64,000 bases of DNA. Origin: a virus. Lineage: Duplodnaviria; Caudoviricetes. The position numbers and the translations under genes were made by a program. The notes under the pieces were generated by a model that saw only the letters and a program-made list of their open reading frames with translations, was not told the DNA's origin and made no database searches. This document shows positions 26,362 to 36,164 of the stretch, one piece after another (positions within the stretch are counted from its first letter, which is position 1; each line of letters starts with the position of its first letter). The DNA lies in the IMG/VR virus record IMGVR_UViG_3300025570_000011, positions 6,190-70,189 of that record; one strand, 5' to 3'.

Positions 26362-26865
26362 ATGAAAAAATATAGATTAATAAAAAAATCTCCTTTAGAA
26401 CTTTATAATAGAAACCTTGGTGGGTTCCCTTGGACATTAACAAGAAATACATCACCGCCTGAGACATTAGATGGATTTAAATATGTTGAAGAATTACCAT
26501 ACCCAGGAAATAATCTACTGGCTGAAGGAAAGGTTTGGGTAAGAGAATTAACAGAAGACGCTTACATATGGGTTCAAGCCGATGAACCAACGCTTGATGT
26601 AGATAACCGAACCGTTGAAGCTTGGAGAATTAGAGCTATAGCTAAAACTACTCCATTTTTAGATGAAATGCTAATTGATAAAATCAACAAAGAAATCTCT
26701 CTCATACAAGATCCATTAAATAAAGCCGTGGCCGAAGAAGTATTTTTCGGGGGAAATACGATAGACAGAGAATCTACATTATTAAATACTATGGCAAATA
26801 GTATTGGGTTAACGAGCAGTCAAATTGATGACCTGTTTATACAGGCTATAAATATAACTGTATAA
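26362..26865 (+). CDS. Putative tail-fibre assembly/chaperone protein
   Basis: C-terminal 'IDRESTLLNTMA..IGLTSSQIDDLFIQA' typical of fibre-associated proteins; start moved to ATG 26362. Confidence 0.6.
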   Translation: MKKYRLIKKSPLELYNRNLGGFPWTLTRNTSPPETLDGFKYVEELPYPGNNLLAEGKVWVRELTEDAYIWVQADEPTLDVDNRTVEAWRIRAIAKTTPFLDEMLIDKINKEISLIQDPLNKAVAEEVFFGGNTIDRESTLLNTMANSIGLTSSQIDDLFIQAINITV

Positions 26866-26872
26866 ATTAACT

Positions 26873-29800
26873 ATGAGTGTAAATTTTCCATTAGAATTAA
26901 TTGGAGTAGGTGACGCGCCGTCTTCATCTGCTGAGACGGTAATAAGAAGAATAGATATTGGTACTAAGTTCGAGGATCTCCCCATTACCGTTGATGGTCT
27001 AGGGAACACTATAACTAACCCGCAGGAATATTGGTATAGATGCGGTGGTGGCTCTACTCAAGCGGGCAATAGTATATGGTATGTTAATACAGGGGGCTCG
27101 CAAGTTTATGAAGGCAAAACCACTGCGTTCACTCCTGGTAATATACCTAGTTATGTTCCAGCCGTGGTCCAACAAACCGAGAGATATAGACAATCCGGTA
27201 CCAACCTTGAATATACAATTCCAAACCTTGCATCAGAATCGCCCCTGCCTAGTGGAACATATAGAGTGAATCTTATTTTTAGTGATAACTATAGAAACTT
27301 TAGAGTTGTAAATATTTTTATTAATAATATTTTTGTAGGTGAGCTTAGAGAGGAAAGCACCGATGGAGCGACATTTGTAGGTGAATTTCAATCATATGAT
27401 GTTGAAGTATCAACTGGTGTCATAGAGATACGGTTTGAAAAAGTGGAAGAAAACCCCAAAATCCATGGAATTGAAATCATAAAGTTAGGTACTACTGATG
27501 AGACTGCTTTTGTTACAATAGGAAATATTAATAACACTAATGATAATACCGGCTTCGGTTCAGTTCCATATGTATATGAAATTGCAAAATATGAAACGTT
27601 TAGAAGAAAGATAGATGATTATAATGCAGATCCTGTAAATGTAAATAGACAAATAACTGCATCAGGCGATCCTAGATTTACAGATGATCTGCATCCTGCA
27701 TATGGTGTATTTGGAAACAGAGCTTTTCGCTTTGTTAACTGGTTAAATGAAAGAGAAGGCTACCAGCCAGCATATAAAATTTTAGGTGGCGGTTCAAATG
27801 ATCCTATTTCTCTTTGGAGTAGTGCTGAAGCGTGGCAACTCGGAGGTGAAAACAGATTTAGACATAAGGCCGCAAAATATTTCTTACCATCTTATAATGA
27901 ATGGTATAAAGCAGCTTATTATGATCCTATTAATACTGTTTATTACGATTATGCAACTGGAAGTGACACTCCTCCAATTTCTACACCTGGTGGTAAAGTT
28001 GAAGGAACCGCGGTGTATAATCAAGACATCACTACTGGTCTTGCGATTGTAACTAATGCGGGTGGGGAAAGTCCTTATGGTATAGTTGGAGGAAACGGCA
28101 ATGTTAGTGAGTTTTTAGAAACGGCGGTAGGGCTGGTTAATGATGACCCTTTGGAAAATAGAATATCTGTTGGTGGTACTTATTCTGATACTACTATTCA
28201 ACCAGCTACGGCGACTCCTCCTGGAGCTTCAACCACTTTATTTACCGTTGATGATGCTATTACATTTAGACTCGCTCGTAATCCTAATGCATTTTTCTAT
28301 ACATCATATTTTGAAGAGTTCGTACCTATTAACAATCCTGGTAACGATGCAGATACTGTAATTGGTGGTTATGGTGATGTTAGTTATACATATCAAATTG
28401 CAAAATATAGTGTTGCTGAAGAACAGGTTGCTGCTTACAATACAGCCAACCCTTCATTACAAATATCAATAGATTCTCGTGGTGAAAGTAAACCAGCTAC
28501 AAGTGTATCATGGAATGGAGCGGCTCGTTATGTTAACTGGCTTAATACAAGAGAAGGGTTTCAACCCGCTTATAAATTTGATACTGGTATAGCTAATGAC
28601 AATATATCTTTATGGGATGTGGCCGATTCGTGGACAGCAGGTGGTGAGAATCGTTATCGTCATAAAGATGCAAAATACTTCTTACCGAACGAAAATGAGT
28701 GGTATAAAGCTGCTTATTATGATCCTATTAATACTGTTTATTATGATTATCCAACAGGTAGCGATAGTCCTCCAACACCAACGGCTGGTAGTACAATAAC
28801 AGGAGAGGCTGTTTATAATCAAACGTCTGGTCAAGGTCCTGCTAATGTTACTAACGCTGGCGGTCTTAGTCCGTATGGTACGATGGGACAGGGTGGTAAT
28901 ACATACGAATGGATTGAGACCGCGTTAGATGGTACTAATGATTCGGCTGTTGAGTCGCGGGTGCGCCGCGGCGGCGACTGGGACGACAGCTCCCCCGTCT
29001 TGCAGTCGTCCTTCCGCAGCTTCGGCAGCCCGGTCGGCGAGAACAACAGCGTCGGTTTTCGTGTCGCCTGTAACGTGAATGCTAATCCTATATCAGCCTC
29101 GCTCATCACCATTGGCGATGCTAGTAATAATCCCGATGGTACCACCACCTTTGGATCGGTTCCATATACATATCAGATCGGTAAGTATGAAGTTAATGAA
29201 AAAGAAATTGATGAGTTTAATAAAATAAATGAAAACGCCATTTTTAAGTTTGATGATGGTGAAGATAAACCCGCTAGAGAATTAACATGGAACTCAGCAG
29301 CACGATTTATTAATTGGCTTAATTCTAAAGAAGGTTATTTTGAAGCTTACTCCTTTGCGTCAGCAGGCCAATTCAGTGATGAGTGGCCGCTTGATCAATC
29401 TTGGGATCTTGGTGGAGAAGTAAATCGTCTAAGACATAAACATGCAAAGTATTTCCTACCAAGCGAAGATGAATGGTATAAAGCGGCTTACTGGGATCAG
29501 ACCTTATCTAAGTATTGGTTATATTCAACAGGAAGCGATACTCCTCCAGCAGATGTTCCAGGCGGGGTAGATCCAAATACTGCTGTTTATAACCAAGCCG
29601 CCACGGCTTCAGTTATTCGGGCGGGTGGGGAAAGTCCTTATGGTATAGTTGGAGGAAACGGTAATGTGAAGGAGTGGCTTGAAGGTGCGCCAGCTGGAAA
29701 CACAACTCAAAAGTGGGCTGCTGGTGAATCCTATGAAGCGACGACGTTAGGAACAAAAAATTCTTTTCCAAATTTATTCCTGAATAACTCAGGAGATGAT

Positions 29801-31579
29801 AAGATAGGTTTACGTTGCGCCGCTAACCCCGATACGAAAACGCCAACAATTCTTTTTGATCAATTTGGAGATGAACTCGTTAAGTATAATGGTGATATAC
29901 CACCCGATTATAATGATGGTAATTTTTTATACCCGCCCGTGAGTATTCTTATAGGAGAATCTGCTTCTGAAATTGGCGGACGTGCATTTAGAAATAATAC
30001 TAATTTAGAATCTTTAAATTTAGGGCTGAGTGTTCTCGAGATTCGAGGCAATGCATTTGATGGTTGTGTCAACCTAACAGGACCTCTTAATATTCCAGAT
30101 AGTATAAATGCTATACGAGATCTAGCTTTTCGAAATTGCTCTTCTTTACAAAGTTTAGATCTTGGTAACAACATTACCTTTATTGGTGATAATGCATTTG
30201 ATGGTTGTGTCAACCTAACAGGACCTCTTAATATTCCAGATACTGTATCAGTGATTGATCCCAGGGCATTTCTTAATTGTTCTGGAATTTCTTCTTTAAA
30301 AATCTCGAATAATATGTCTATACTTAAAATTGGCACCTTTCAAAATTGTTCTGGAATACTGGGGGAAGTGATCATCCCAGATATTGTAACCGAGATAGGT
30401 AATAGCGTTTTTAGGAATTGTTCTAATGTAACATCGTTTAATATCCCGACCGGCTTGGAATCTATTGGCAGTTCTGCTTTTTCCGGATGCTCTTCATGGG
30501 TTGGTCCATTAGTCCTTCCAGATACTTTAACTACTTTTGGAACATTTACTTTTATTGGCTGTTCGGGATTAACTAGTTTTAATTTTCCAAATAACCCAAA
30601 CTTTACCAGCATACCATCTGGTTTATTTAATAATTGTCCTAATCTAGCTGGTCCACTAATCATTCCAGATTCGGTGACTTCGATCGGAACCGCTCCTTTT
30701 CGTGATTGCAATAAATTAACAGGCCCACTAATCATTCCAGATAAAGTGACTTCTATTGGTGATAGTGCATTTATTGATTGCTCTGGCTTAGAATCTCTTA
30801 CGCTTGGTTCTGGACTTACTAATATTCGATCTGGAACATTTAACCGCTGCAGCGGAATGATTGGAACTCTTAGTATACCCGCCACTATAACTGAAATTGG
30901 CGGTAATGCATTTAGAGCTTGCTCTTTTGATAGAATTGAATACTACGCCGTTGTAAAACCGAGCGAAGACGGCAATGTGTTTTCTTCAAATAATACAACA
31001 GAAATACACGTTCCTAGCGAAGCTCCTTTTAATGCTAGACCAAATGCATGGGTGGGAGGAGAAGTTTGGAATGGATTAACAGTAGTAGCCGATTTAGACA
31101 ATTCTTTAAATACTACACTATATGATGTTAATAATTTAGCTTTAATATCTATTGATATAGATATACCAAATAATTGGAATGAAAATGAAACTCTATTTGC
31201 GGCCGATACTATTAAGATTGGAAGTTCTTGTGCAGCAATAGGAGACCAGGCCTTTATTAATAATACATCTTTAACAGATATTGCATATGGTATTATTCCA
31301 GCAACCGTTCAAACGATTGGCAGTGGTTCTTTTCAAAATTGTACTTTCTTAGCCGGTTCATTAACTATATCAAGTGGCATTACATCTATTGGAGATTTTG
31401 CTTTTCAAAATTGCTCTTCTATTACTTCAGTTAACATTGAAGCGACAACCGCGCCAATAATTGGTATTAATACATTTTCTGGTATGACCTCAGTATTTCC
31501 AGCAGAGATTCATGTTCCAACTGGCGCAACAGGGTATGCTGCATCATATAACGGACTAACAGTAGTTGCAGACTTATAA
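26873..31579 (+). CDS. Multidomain adhesin / receptor-binding protein: malectin-like + 3x FGE-sulfatase (C-lectin fold) + BspA-type LRR
   Basis: TERY...G.Y.V.L.F...NPKIHGIEI (malectin); three FVNWLN...YFLPS..EWYKAAY...GNVxEW...GFR domains; IPDSVTSIG..AF..C LRR_5 repeats; late promoter 26847-26854. Confidence 0.8.
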   Translation: MSVNFPLELIGVGDAPSSSAETVIRRIDIGTKFEDLPITVDGLGNTITNPQEYWYRCGGGSTQAGNSIWYVNTGGSQVYEGKTTAFTPGNIPSYVPAVVQQTERYRQSGTNLEYTIPNLASESPLPSGTYRVNLIFSDNYRNFRVVNIFINNIFVGELREESTDGATFVGEFQSYDVEVSTGVIEIRFEKVEENPKIHGIEIIKLGTTDETAFVTIGNINNTNDNTGFGSVPYVYEIAKYETFRRKIDDYNADPVNVNRQITASGDPRFTDDLHPAYGVFGNRAFRFVNWLNEREGYQPAYKILGGGSNDPISLWSSAEAWQLGGENRFRHKAAKYFLPSYNEWYKAAYYDPINTVYYDYATGSDTPPISTPGGKVEGTAVYNQDITTGLAIVTNAGGESPYGIVGGNGNVSEFLETAVGLVNDDPLENRISVGGTYSDTTIQPATATPPGASTTLFTVDDAITFRLARNPNAFFYTSYFEEFVPINNPGNDADTVIGGYGDVSYTYQIAKYSVAEEQVAAYNTANPSLQISIDSRGESKPATSVSWNGAARYVNWLNTREGFQPAYKFDTGIANDNISLWDVADSWTAGGENRYRHKDAKYFLPNENEWYKAAYYDPINTVYYDYPTGSDSPPTPTAGSTITGEAVYNQTSGQGPANVTNAGGLSPYGTMGQGGNTYEWIETALDGTNDSAVESRVRRGGDWDDSSPVLQSSFRSFGSPVGENNSVGFRVACNVNANPISASLITIGDASNNPDGTTTFGSVPYTYQIGKYEVNEKEIDEFNKINENAIFKFDDGEDKPARELTWNSAARFINWLNSKEGYFEAYSFASAGQFSDEWPLDQSWDLGGEVNRLRHKHAKYFLPSEDEWYKAAYWDQTLSKYWLYSTGSDTPPADVPGGVDPNTAVYNQAATASVIRAGGESPYGIVGGNGNVKEWLEGAPAGNTTQKWAAGESYEATTLGTKNSFPNLFLNNSGDDKIGLRCAANPDTKTPTILFDQFGDELVKYNGDIPPDYNDGNFLYPPVSILIGESASEIGGRAFRNNTNLESLNLGLSVLEIRGNAFDGCVNLTGPLNIPDSINAIRDLAFRNCSSLQSLDLGNNITFIGDNAFDGCVNLTGPLNIPDTVSVIDPRAFLNCSGISSLKISNNMSILKIGTFQNCSGILGEVIIPDIVTEIGNSVFRNCSNVTSFNIPTGLESIGSSAFSGCSSWVGPLVLPDTLTTFGTFTFIGCSGLTSFNFPNNPNFTSIPSGLFNNCPNLAGPLIIPDSVTSIGTAPFRDCNKLTGPLIIPDKVTSIGDSAFIDCSGLESLTLGSGLTNIRSGTFNRCSGMIGTLSIPATITEIGGNAFRACSFDRIEYYAVVKPSEDGNVFSSNNTTEIHVPSEAPFNARPNAWVGGEVWNGLTVVADLDNSLNTTLYDVNNLALISIDIDIPNNWNENETLFAADTIKIGSSCAAIGDQAFINNTSLTDIAYGIIPATVQTIGSGSFQNCTFLAGSLTISSGITSIGDFAFQNCSSITSVNIEATTAPIIGINTFSGMTSVFPAEIHVPTGATGYAASYNGLTVVADL
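28952..29068 (+). other. DGR-type variable region candidate VR1
   Basis: 82/117 nt GC (70%) inside an AT-rich gene; variable codons are NNC; encodes RVRRGGDWDD...NNSVGFRVA. Confidence 0.7.
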
Positions 31580-31583
31580 AAAG

Positions 31584-32495
31584 ATGAGTATAGAAAATAC
31601 AAAGTTAAATACAAAGTTAAACATAGAAACGTTTGATAATATTAAAGCTACTATAAAGAACGAAGACAAGACAACAGTATCGGTTGATCATAATTTTTTA
31701 GTTCCAGATTATACACCTCCTACTAATGCCATAATAGCATGGAATAGTTATATGGAGGTTGGCGCAAATTTTGGCGATCAAATATTAACTGAATTTGTTA
31801 AAAACGATGCAGGCATTCCACTTTCAATGTCAATCTTTAGAAATGATATTGAAGTTTATATAGATGATAATTTAATAGGTATTCAAATAGATGATATGCC
31901 AGAACAATTTGGTTTTGATAATCCAAACAACCCTAACTTTAAATATGATAGTTCTTATATAGATTTTACTGAGGTTGAACCCGGTATTGTGAAATACTCA
32001 TCAAGCGTTAGATATTTAAGTGGCCTGCCTAAACAAAATAGTAGTAATGGTTTAGATGGAAGAAAGCCAAGTAGAAGACAGACAAATGCGCCACAAGCAG
32101 GCAGCTTAGATTTTAGATCAGAGGATATATTTGTTTCTGGAGTTTATCCATATTATTATGGATTAAGCAATGCACCAATGACTAAAGAAGAAATACAAGA
32201 ACTAATAGATAGCAATGACTCTTCTTTAAATTTCGTTGTGGCTGATAGCATGGGTGATGTAACTATTAGATATGACTCAAACGAACAATATCTATGGTTT
32301 GCTCATGCTAGTATATATGATCAAAAAAATAGTTGGCTTAACAGCGATACAACAAACGGCGAAATAACAAGCGGGGGTTTTATAGAGAAAACTGGGCAAT
32401 TCCAGCTTTCAAATACTTTTTGGGTTAACATTGATTTTACAATATATCAAAGTAATGCAGTAAGCACCACTTACGAACTTACTTACCTCGTTTAA
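31584..32495 (+). CDS. Putative structural protein
   Basis: C-terminal half resembles the C-terminal domain of 17234-20449 (PYYYG, small beta domain); start moved to ATG 31584. Confidence 0.55.
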   Translation: MSIENTKLNTKLNIETFDNIKATIKNEDKTTVSVDHNFLVPDYTPPTNAIIAWNSYMEVGANFGDQILTEFVKNDAGIPLSMSIFRNDIEVYIDDNLIGIQIDDMPEQFGFDNPNNPNFKYDSSYIDFTEVEPGIVKYSSSVRYLSGLPKQNSSNGLDGRKPSRRQTNAPQAGSLDFRSEDIFVSGVYPYYYGLSNAPMTKEEIQELIDSNDSSLNFVVADSMGDVTIRYDSNEQYLWFAHASIYDQKNSWLNSDTTNGEITSGGFIEKTGQFQLSNTFWVNIDFTIYQSNAVSTTYELTYLV

Positions 32496-32500
32496 GTTTT

Positions 32501-33379
32501 ATGTTAATTAATGTATACACACTTGATAGAAAATCACCAATGGGATTTGGCGATTTTATTCGGGGTTGTATCGCCTGCCACCAATTATCTTTAAAAAACG
32601 AGTTTCCTTTTGATATTAATCTTAAACGATTTTCTAAGTTTTATAAATCGGAAGAAACTTTATTAAAAAAAAGTATATACACTAAGTTATTTCCTAAATG
32701 TCTTGATATAAACGAACTCAAAGAAAAATTAGATTCTTTAGCGCAAGGTACTAATTTAAATGATACGGATTTTTTTATTTTAACAAATGCGTGGCCCAAA
32801 AATACGATTGAAAAACAAAAAACGATAGAAGGTAAGATTAAACAAAAGGGCTGGGGCAAAATATCTAAAGAAACAAAAGACTTTATTAAATCACGGTTAA
32901 TACCAAGTGATTTTCAGTTATCATTTATTAAAAACGTGCCAGAAAAATATGAAGTTGTTCATATAAGAGCAGGAGATGGAATAGCCTTTAAAAATGAAGT
33001 TAATGACGAATCTTTAAATGCTCACGACTCTTCTGACGTTTCTCTTGATAGCATTACTAAAGCTACAATATCAAGAATTTCTAAAATATTAAAAACGGCA
33101 AAGAATCCTTTAGTGATTCTTTCAGACTCGGCTGAGGTTAAAAACAATATAGGTATTCAATATTCTAAATGTATTGATAATGGTAAAATAATTATTTCTA
33201 ATGTTGATACAAAACATTCGGGTGTGAATGGTTTAAAAGAAACGTTTCACGATTTAACAATTTTAAATAATGCTAAAACAATTCACCAATTATCAGTATA
33301 TAACTGGGGATCCGGTTTTAGTAATATAGCTCATCATATTTATGATGTTCCTATTAAAAGATATCCTAAATTAAAATAA
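32501..33379 (+). CDS. Fucosyltransferase-like glycosyltransferase (GT11/GT23/NodZ-like)
   Basis: GFGDFIRG, VHIRAGD, ILSDS, SGFS motifs. Confidence 0.6.
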   Translation: MLINVYTLDRKSPMGFGDFIRGCIACHQLSLKNEFPFDINLKRFSKFYKSEETLLKKSIYTKLFPKCLDINELKEKLDSLAQGTNLNDTDFFILTNAWPKNTIEKQKTIEGKIKQKGWGKISKETKDFIKSRLIPSDFQLSFIKNVPEKYEVVHIRAGDGIAFKNEVNDESLNAHDSSDVSLDSITKATISRISKILKTAKNPLVILSDSAEVKNNIGIQYSKCIDNGKIIISNVDTKHSGVNGLKETFHDLTILNNAKTIHQLSVYNWGSGFSNIAHHIYDVPIKRYPKLK

Positions 33380-33387
33380 TATTTTAA

Positions 33388-33576
33388 ATGTACGTTGCAC
33401 AAAACATAAAAGACAATAAAAGATTTTTAATATCTCCTGATTGTAAATATGAATCATCTACAATAGATCTGGATGATGCTTTTAAATGGAAAAGTATTGC
33501 TGCGTGTAGAGTTTGGTGTGTAGGATGTGGAGCCGGAAATTGGGTTCCTATTAAAATATCAGACATTAGAAAATAA
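33388..33576 (+). CDS. Small hypothetical protein
   Basis: ORF track. Confidence 0.45.
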   Translation: MYVAQNIKDNKRFLISPDCKYESSTIDLDDAFKWKSIAACRVWCVGCGAGNWVPIKISDIRK

Positions 33577-33612
33577 TTTTATACATCTAATATATTATAA
33601 ATAAAAGTAGAT

Positions 33613-35664
33613 ATGGCCACCAATGAAATAAAATTTAAAAGCGATGTTGCTGTTTTTGGTAACTTTAACGTTGATTCATTTAGTTTATCGCGACTAGAAA
33701 CTACAAACCTGCCAGCCATTACAGTGGATGGAGCAGTTGCGTATGATACTACAAAACAAAGTTTAACTGTTTATGATTTAGCTAATACTGAATGGAAAAT
33801 TTCTAATGGTAGTATTCTTCAAGAAGATAATCTTTCTATTAGACCTCAGGGGCAAGTTGAATTTGGTGCGGGTAATCCTCGTGGCTCTAATTCGGTTGAC
33901 CTTCAAACTGTCAGAGACGCCGTTGACCAAGTTGCTGGTGGAGATTACGATGTTATTAGTGGTGGAAAAAATAATAAAACCGATTCCGTTAACCCGGGGG
34001 CGAATTTAAACACTATTGGTGGAGGAGAAGATAATACAATAGTTGCAAGTTATGCTTCAACTATTGGTGGCGGCCAAGGGAATGTATTAAGTACCAACAC
34101 TGGAGTCATTGGTGGAGGTTCTTACAACGAGATTTATGCCGGGTGGCAAAACTCAATTTTTTCTGGGCAACAAAATTATATAGGGAATGAAGGTGATAAT
34201 CATGAAGGTAATTACATTGCTTCAGGTAACTTTAACACAATTGCGTTTCTGCAAAACGGATCTGGAGATTATAACTCAATTTGTGGAGGAGGAACTGACA
34301 ATGCGATTAATTTTGGTGATTATAATACATTAGGCGGCGGAAGGAACAACATAATAAAACGTTCAGCCGACCTTAACAACGAGTTACCATCATATAATAC
34401 GATGCCGGGTGGTCATGATAATGAAATATTTGATGGTGATTATAATACAATTTTAGGTGGTCGTAATAATGCTGTTACTGGCAGTTATTCTGTTGCTTTT
34501 GGAAGAAGAGCTGTTACAGTTAATGAAAGTGTTGTTTTATTCGCAGATGAAACAACGGACGTCTTTAGTGATGTCGCAGCAAACTCATTTAACATTCAAG
34601 CAAGCGGCGGATTAAGATTAGTTGATGGTAATGAAGGCGTTGGTAAAGTTCTTACATGTGACGCTAATGGAACTGGTCATTGGAACCCACGCGGCGTTGA
34701 TTCTATTACAGTTGGCGAAGGATTATCAATTGATAACGCTGATGCTCAAGTACCGATAATTACTTTAACCCCACATGGCGTTGATTCTATTACAGTTGGC
34801 GAAGGATTATCAATTGATAACACTGATGCTCAAGTACCGATAATTACTTTAGACCCACGCGGCGTTGATTCTATTACAGTTGGCGAAGGATTATCAATTG
34901 ATAACACTGATGCTCAAGTACCGATAATTACTTTAACCGATGGAGCTTTTTCCGTGGTATCACAAGAAACCGCGCCGGCTAGTCCTTCAGAAGGAGACCT
35001 TTGGTTTGATACTGTCGAAGGATTACTATATGTATATTATGACGATGGTAATGACTCGCCACAGTGGGTTAGTTCTTCTACAGGTTCTGTTGGTCCAACA
35101 GGTCCTATTGGCGAAACAGGCGCAACAGGTCCTACTGGCGCAACAGGTCCTACTGGCGTATTTCAAGATATTGCAGCCCAGACGGTGGTCGGTAACATAA
35201 CTGGTAATACAGCTGCGCCATCTGAAGTTGCGCTAGTAAGTGAGAGTCAATCTATTGAGAACAACGACAACGACACCACGATTCCAACCTCTGCCGCCGT
35301 TAAGGATTACGTGGATGGGTCTGTAGCAGATCCATCAAGAAGTTATAACAGTTTTGAACACACCACAACCAATGACACCATCCTCCAAAACACTACTGGG
35401 CGACCTTTATGGGTGAGTTTTACTATGTTGTCTGGAGATAATATTGACTTTATTCTCGGAGAAATTTCTCCTTCCGTCACCGGGTGGGATCCTGGTTCAG
35501 AAATCCCGGTCTGGCGTATCGGCCAATATAGAAACATCGACGGAAGTATTAATCAAGCGGGAGGCCAGGTGACGATGATTGTTCCTGACCAATACGCCTG
35601 GAAGTTTAGACACAGTTCTAACGTTACGGCGGAGGAAAAAGTGCATAGCAGCTTTCAACTTTAA
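33613..35664 (+). CDS. Tail-fibre protein with Gly/Asn repeats, 28-aa repeats and short collagen segment
   Basis: GGG..N repeats, GDLWFDT module, GPTGPIGETGATGPTGATGPTG; late promoter 33596-33603. Confidence 0.75.
   Translation: MATNEIKFKSDVAVFGNFNVDSFSLSRLETTNLPAITVDGAVAYDTTKQSLTVYDLANTEWKISNGSILQEDNLSIRPQGQVEFGAGNPRGSNSVDLQTVRDAVDQVAGGDYDVISGGKNNKTDSVNPGANLNTIGGGEDNTIVASYASTIGGGQGNVLSTNTGVIGGGSYNEIYAGWQNSIFSGQQNYIGNEGDNHEGNYIASGNFNTIAFLQNGSGDYNSICGGGTDNAINFGDYNTLGGGRNNIIKRSADLNNELPSYNTMPGGHDNEIFDGDYNTILGGRNNAVTGSYSVAFGRRAVTVNESVVLFADETTDVFSDVAANSFNIQASGGLRLVDGNEGVGKVLTCDANGTGHWNPRGVDSITVGEGLSIDNADAQVPIITLTPHGVDSITVGEGLSIDNTDAQVPIITLDPRGVDSITVGEGLSIDNTDAQVPIITLTDGAFSVVSQETAPASPSEGDLWFDTVEGLLYVYYDDGNDSPQWVSSSTGSVGPTGPIGETGATGPTGATGPTGVFQDIAAQTVVGNITGNTAAPSEVALVSESQSIENNDNDTTIPTSAAVKDYVDGSVADPSRSYNSFEHTTTNDTILQNTTGRPLWVSFTMLSGDNIDFILGEISPSVTGWDPGSEIPVWRIGQYRNIDGSINQAGGQVTMIVPDQYAWKFRHSSNVTAEEKVHSSFQL
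34693..34938 (+). repeat. 84-bp in-frame tandem repeat x3
   Basis: Starts at 34693, 34777, 34861 (GVDSITVGEGLSIDN.DAQVPIITL). Confidence 0.9.
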
Positions 35665-35670
35665 AAAATC

Positions 35671-36099
35671 ATGAGTGAAATATTATACATTGACGCAAAC
35701 GGATTACTCTATGGGATTCAACCAGATAGAGTAAGTGAAGTTACCGAAGATTGGACAGAGTGCCAAAAGGACGCAGAAGGAAACTATGGCAATCGTTACA
35801 ACACGGATGGAACTATTGCGGCCGATCCAGAGCCTACTGTCAATCAGATTAAGGCTGAAGCGGGTCGAAGAATTGTTGAGCTTTGCCCTGAATGGCAACA
35901 GCGTAACTATATTGCTACATCTTTAACATTCACAGATATGATTCAAGATGGAGAAACACTTACTGCTGAACAAGAAACTCAACGATCAGAAATTAAAGCA
36001 ATTTGGACTACAATTCAAGGTATTCGTACTAAGTCTGATGAGATTGAAGCTATGTCTCCTATTCCTACAGACTTTAAAGATGACTCCTATTGGGTTTAA
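35671..36099 (+). CDS. Putative tail-fibre assembly protein
   Basis: IKAEAGRRI...PEWQQRN...IR.KSDEIEAM.PIP.DF.DDSYW; directly follows a fibre gene. Confidence 0.6.
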   Translation: MSEILYIDANGLLYGIQPDRVSEVTEDWTECQKDAEGNYGNRYNTDGTIAADPEPTVNQIKAEAGRRIVELCPEWQQRNYIATSLTFTDMIQDGETLTAEQETQRSEIKAIWTTIQGIRTKSDEIEAMSPIPTDFKDDSYWV

Positions 36100-36164
36100 A
36101 TAAGTTAATCTTTTTATTATAAATAATTATTATACGAACTATCGTAAATATAGAACATTAAAAT

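Noticed and set aside
29908-30885. Long minus-strand ORFs opposite LRR and fibre genes (also 3615-4184, 24374-24871, 38420-38863 and similar)
   Set aside because: Antisense shadows of repetitive, codon-biased real genes; no motifs or expression signals
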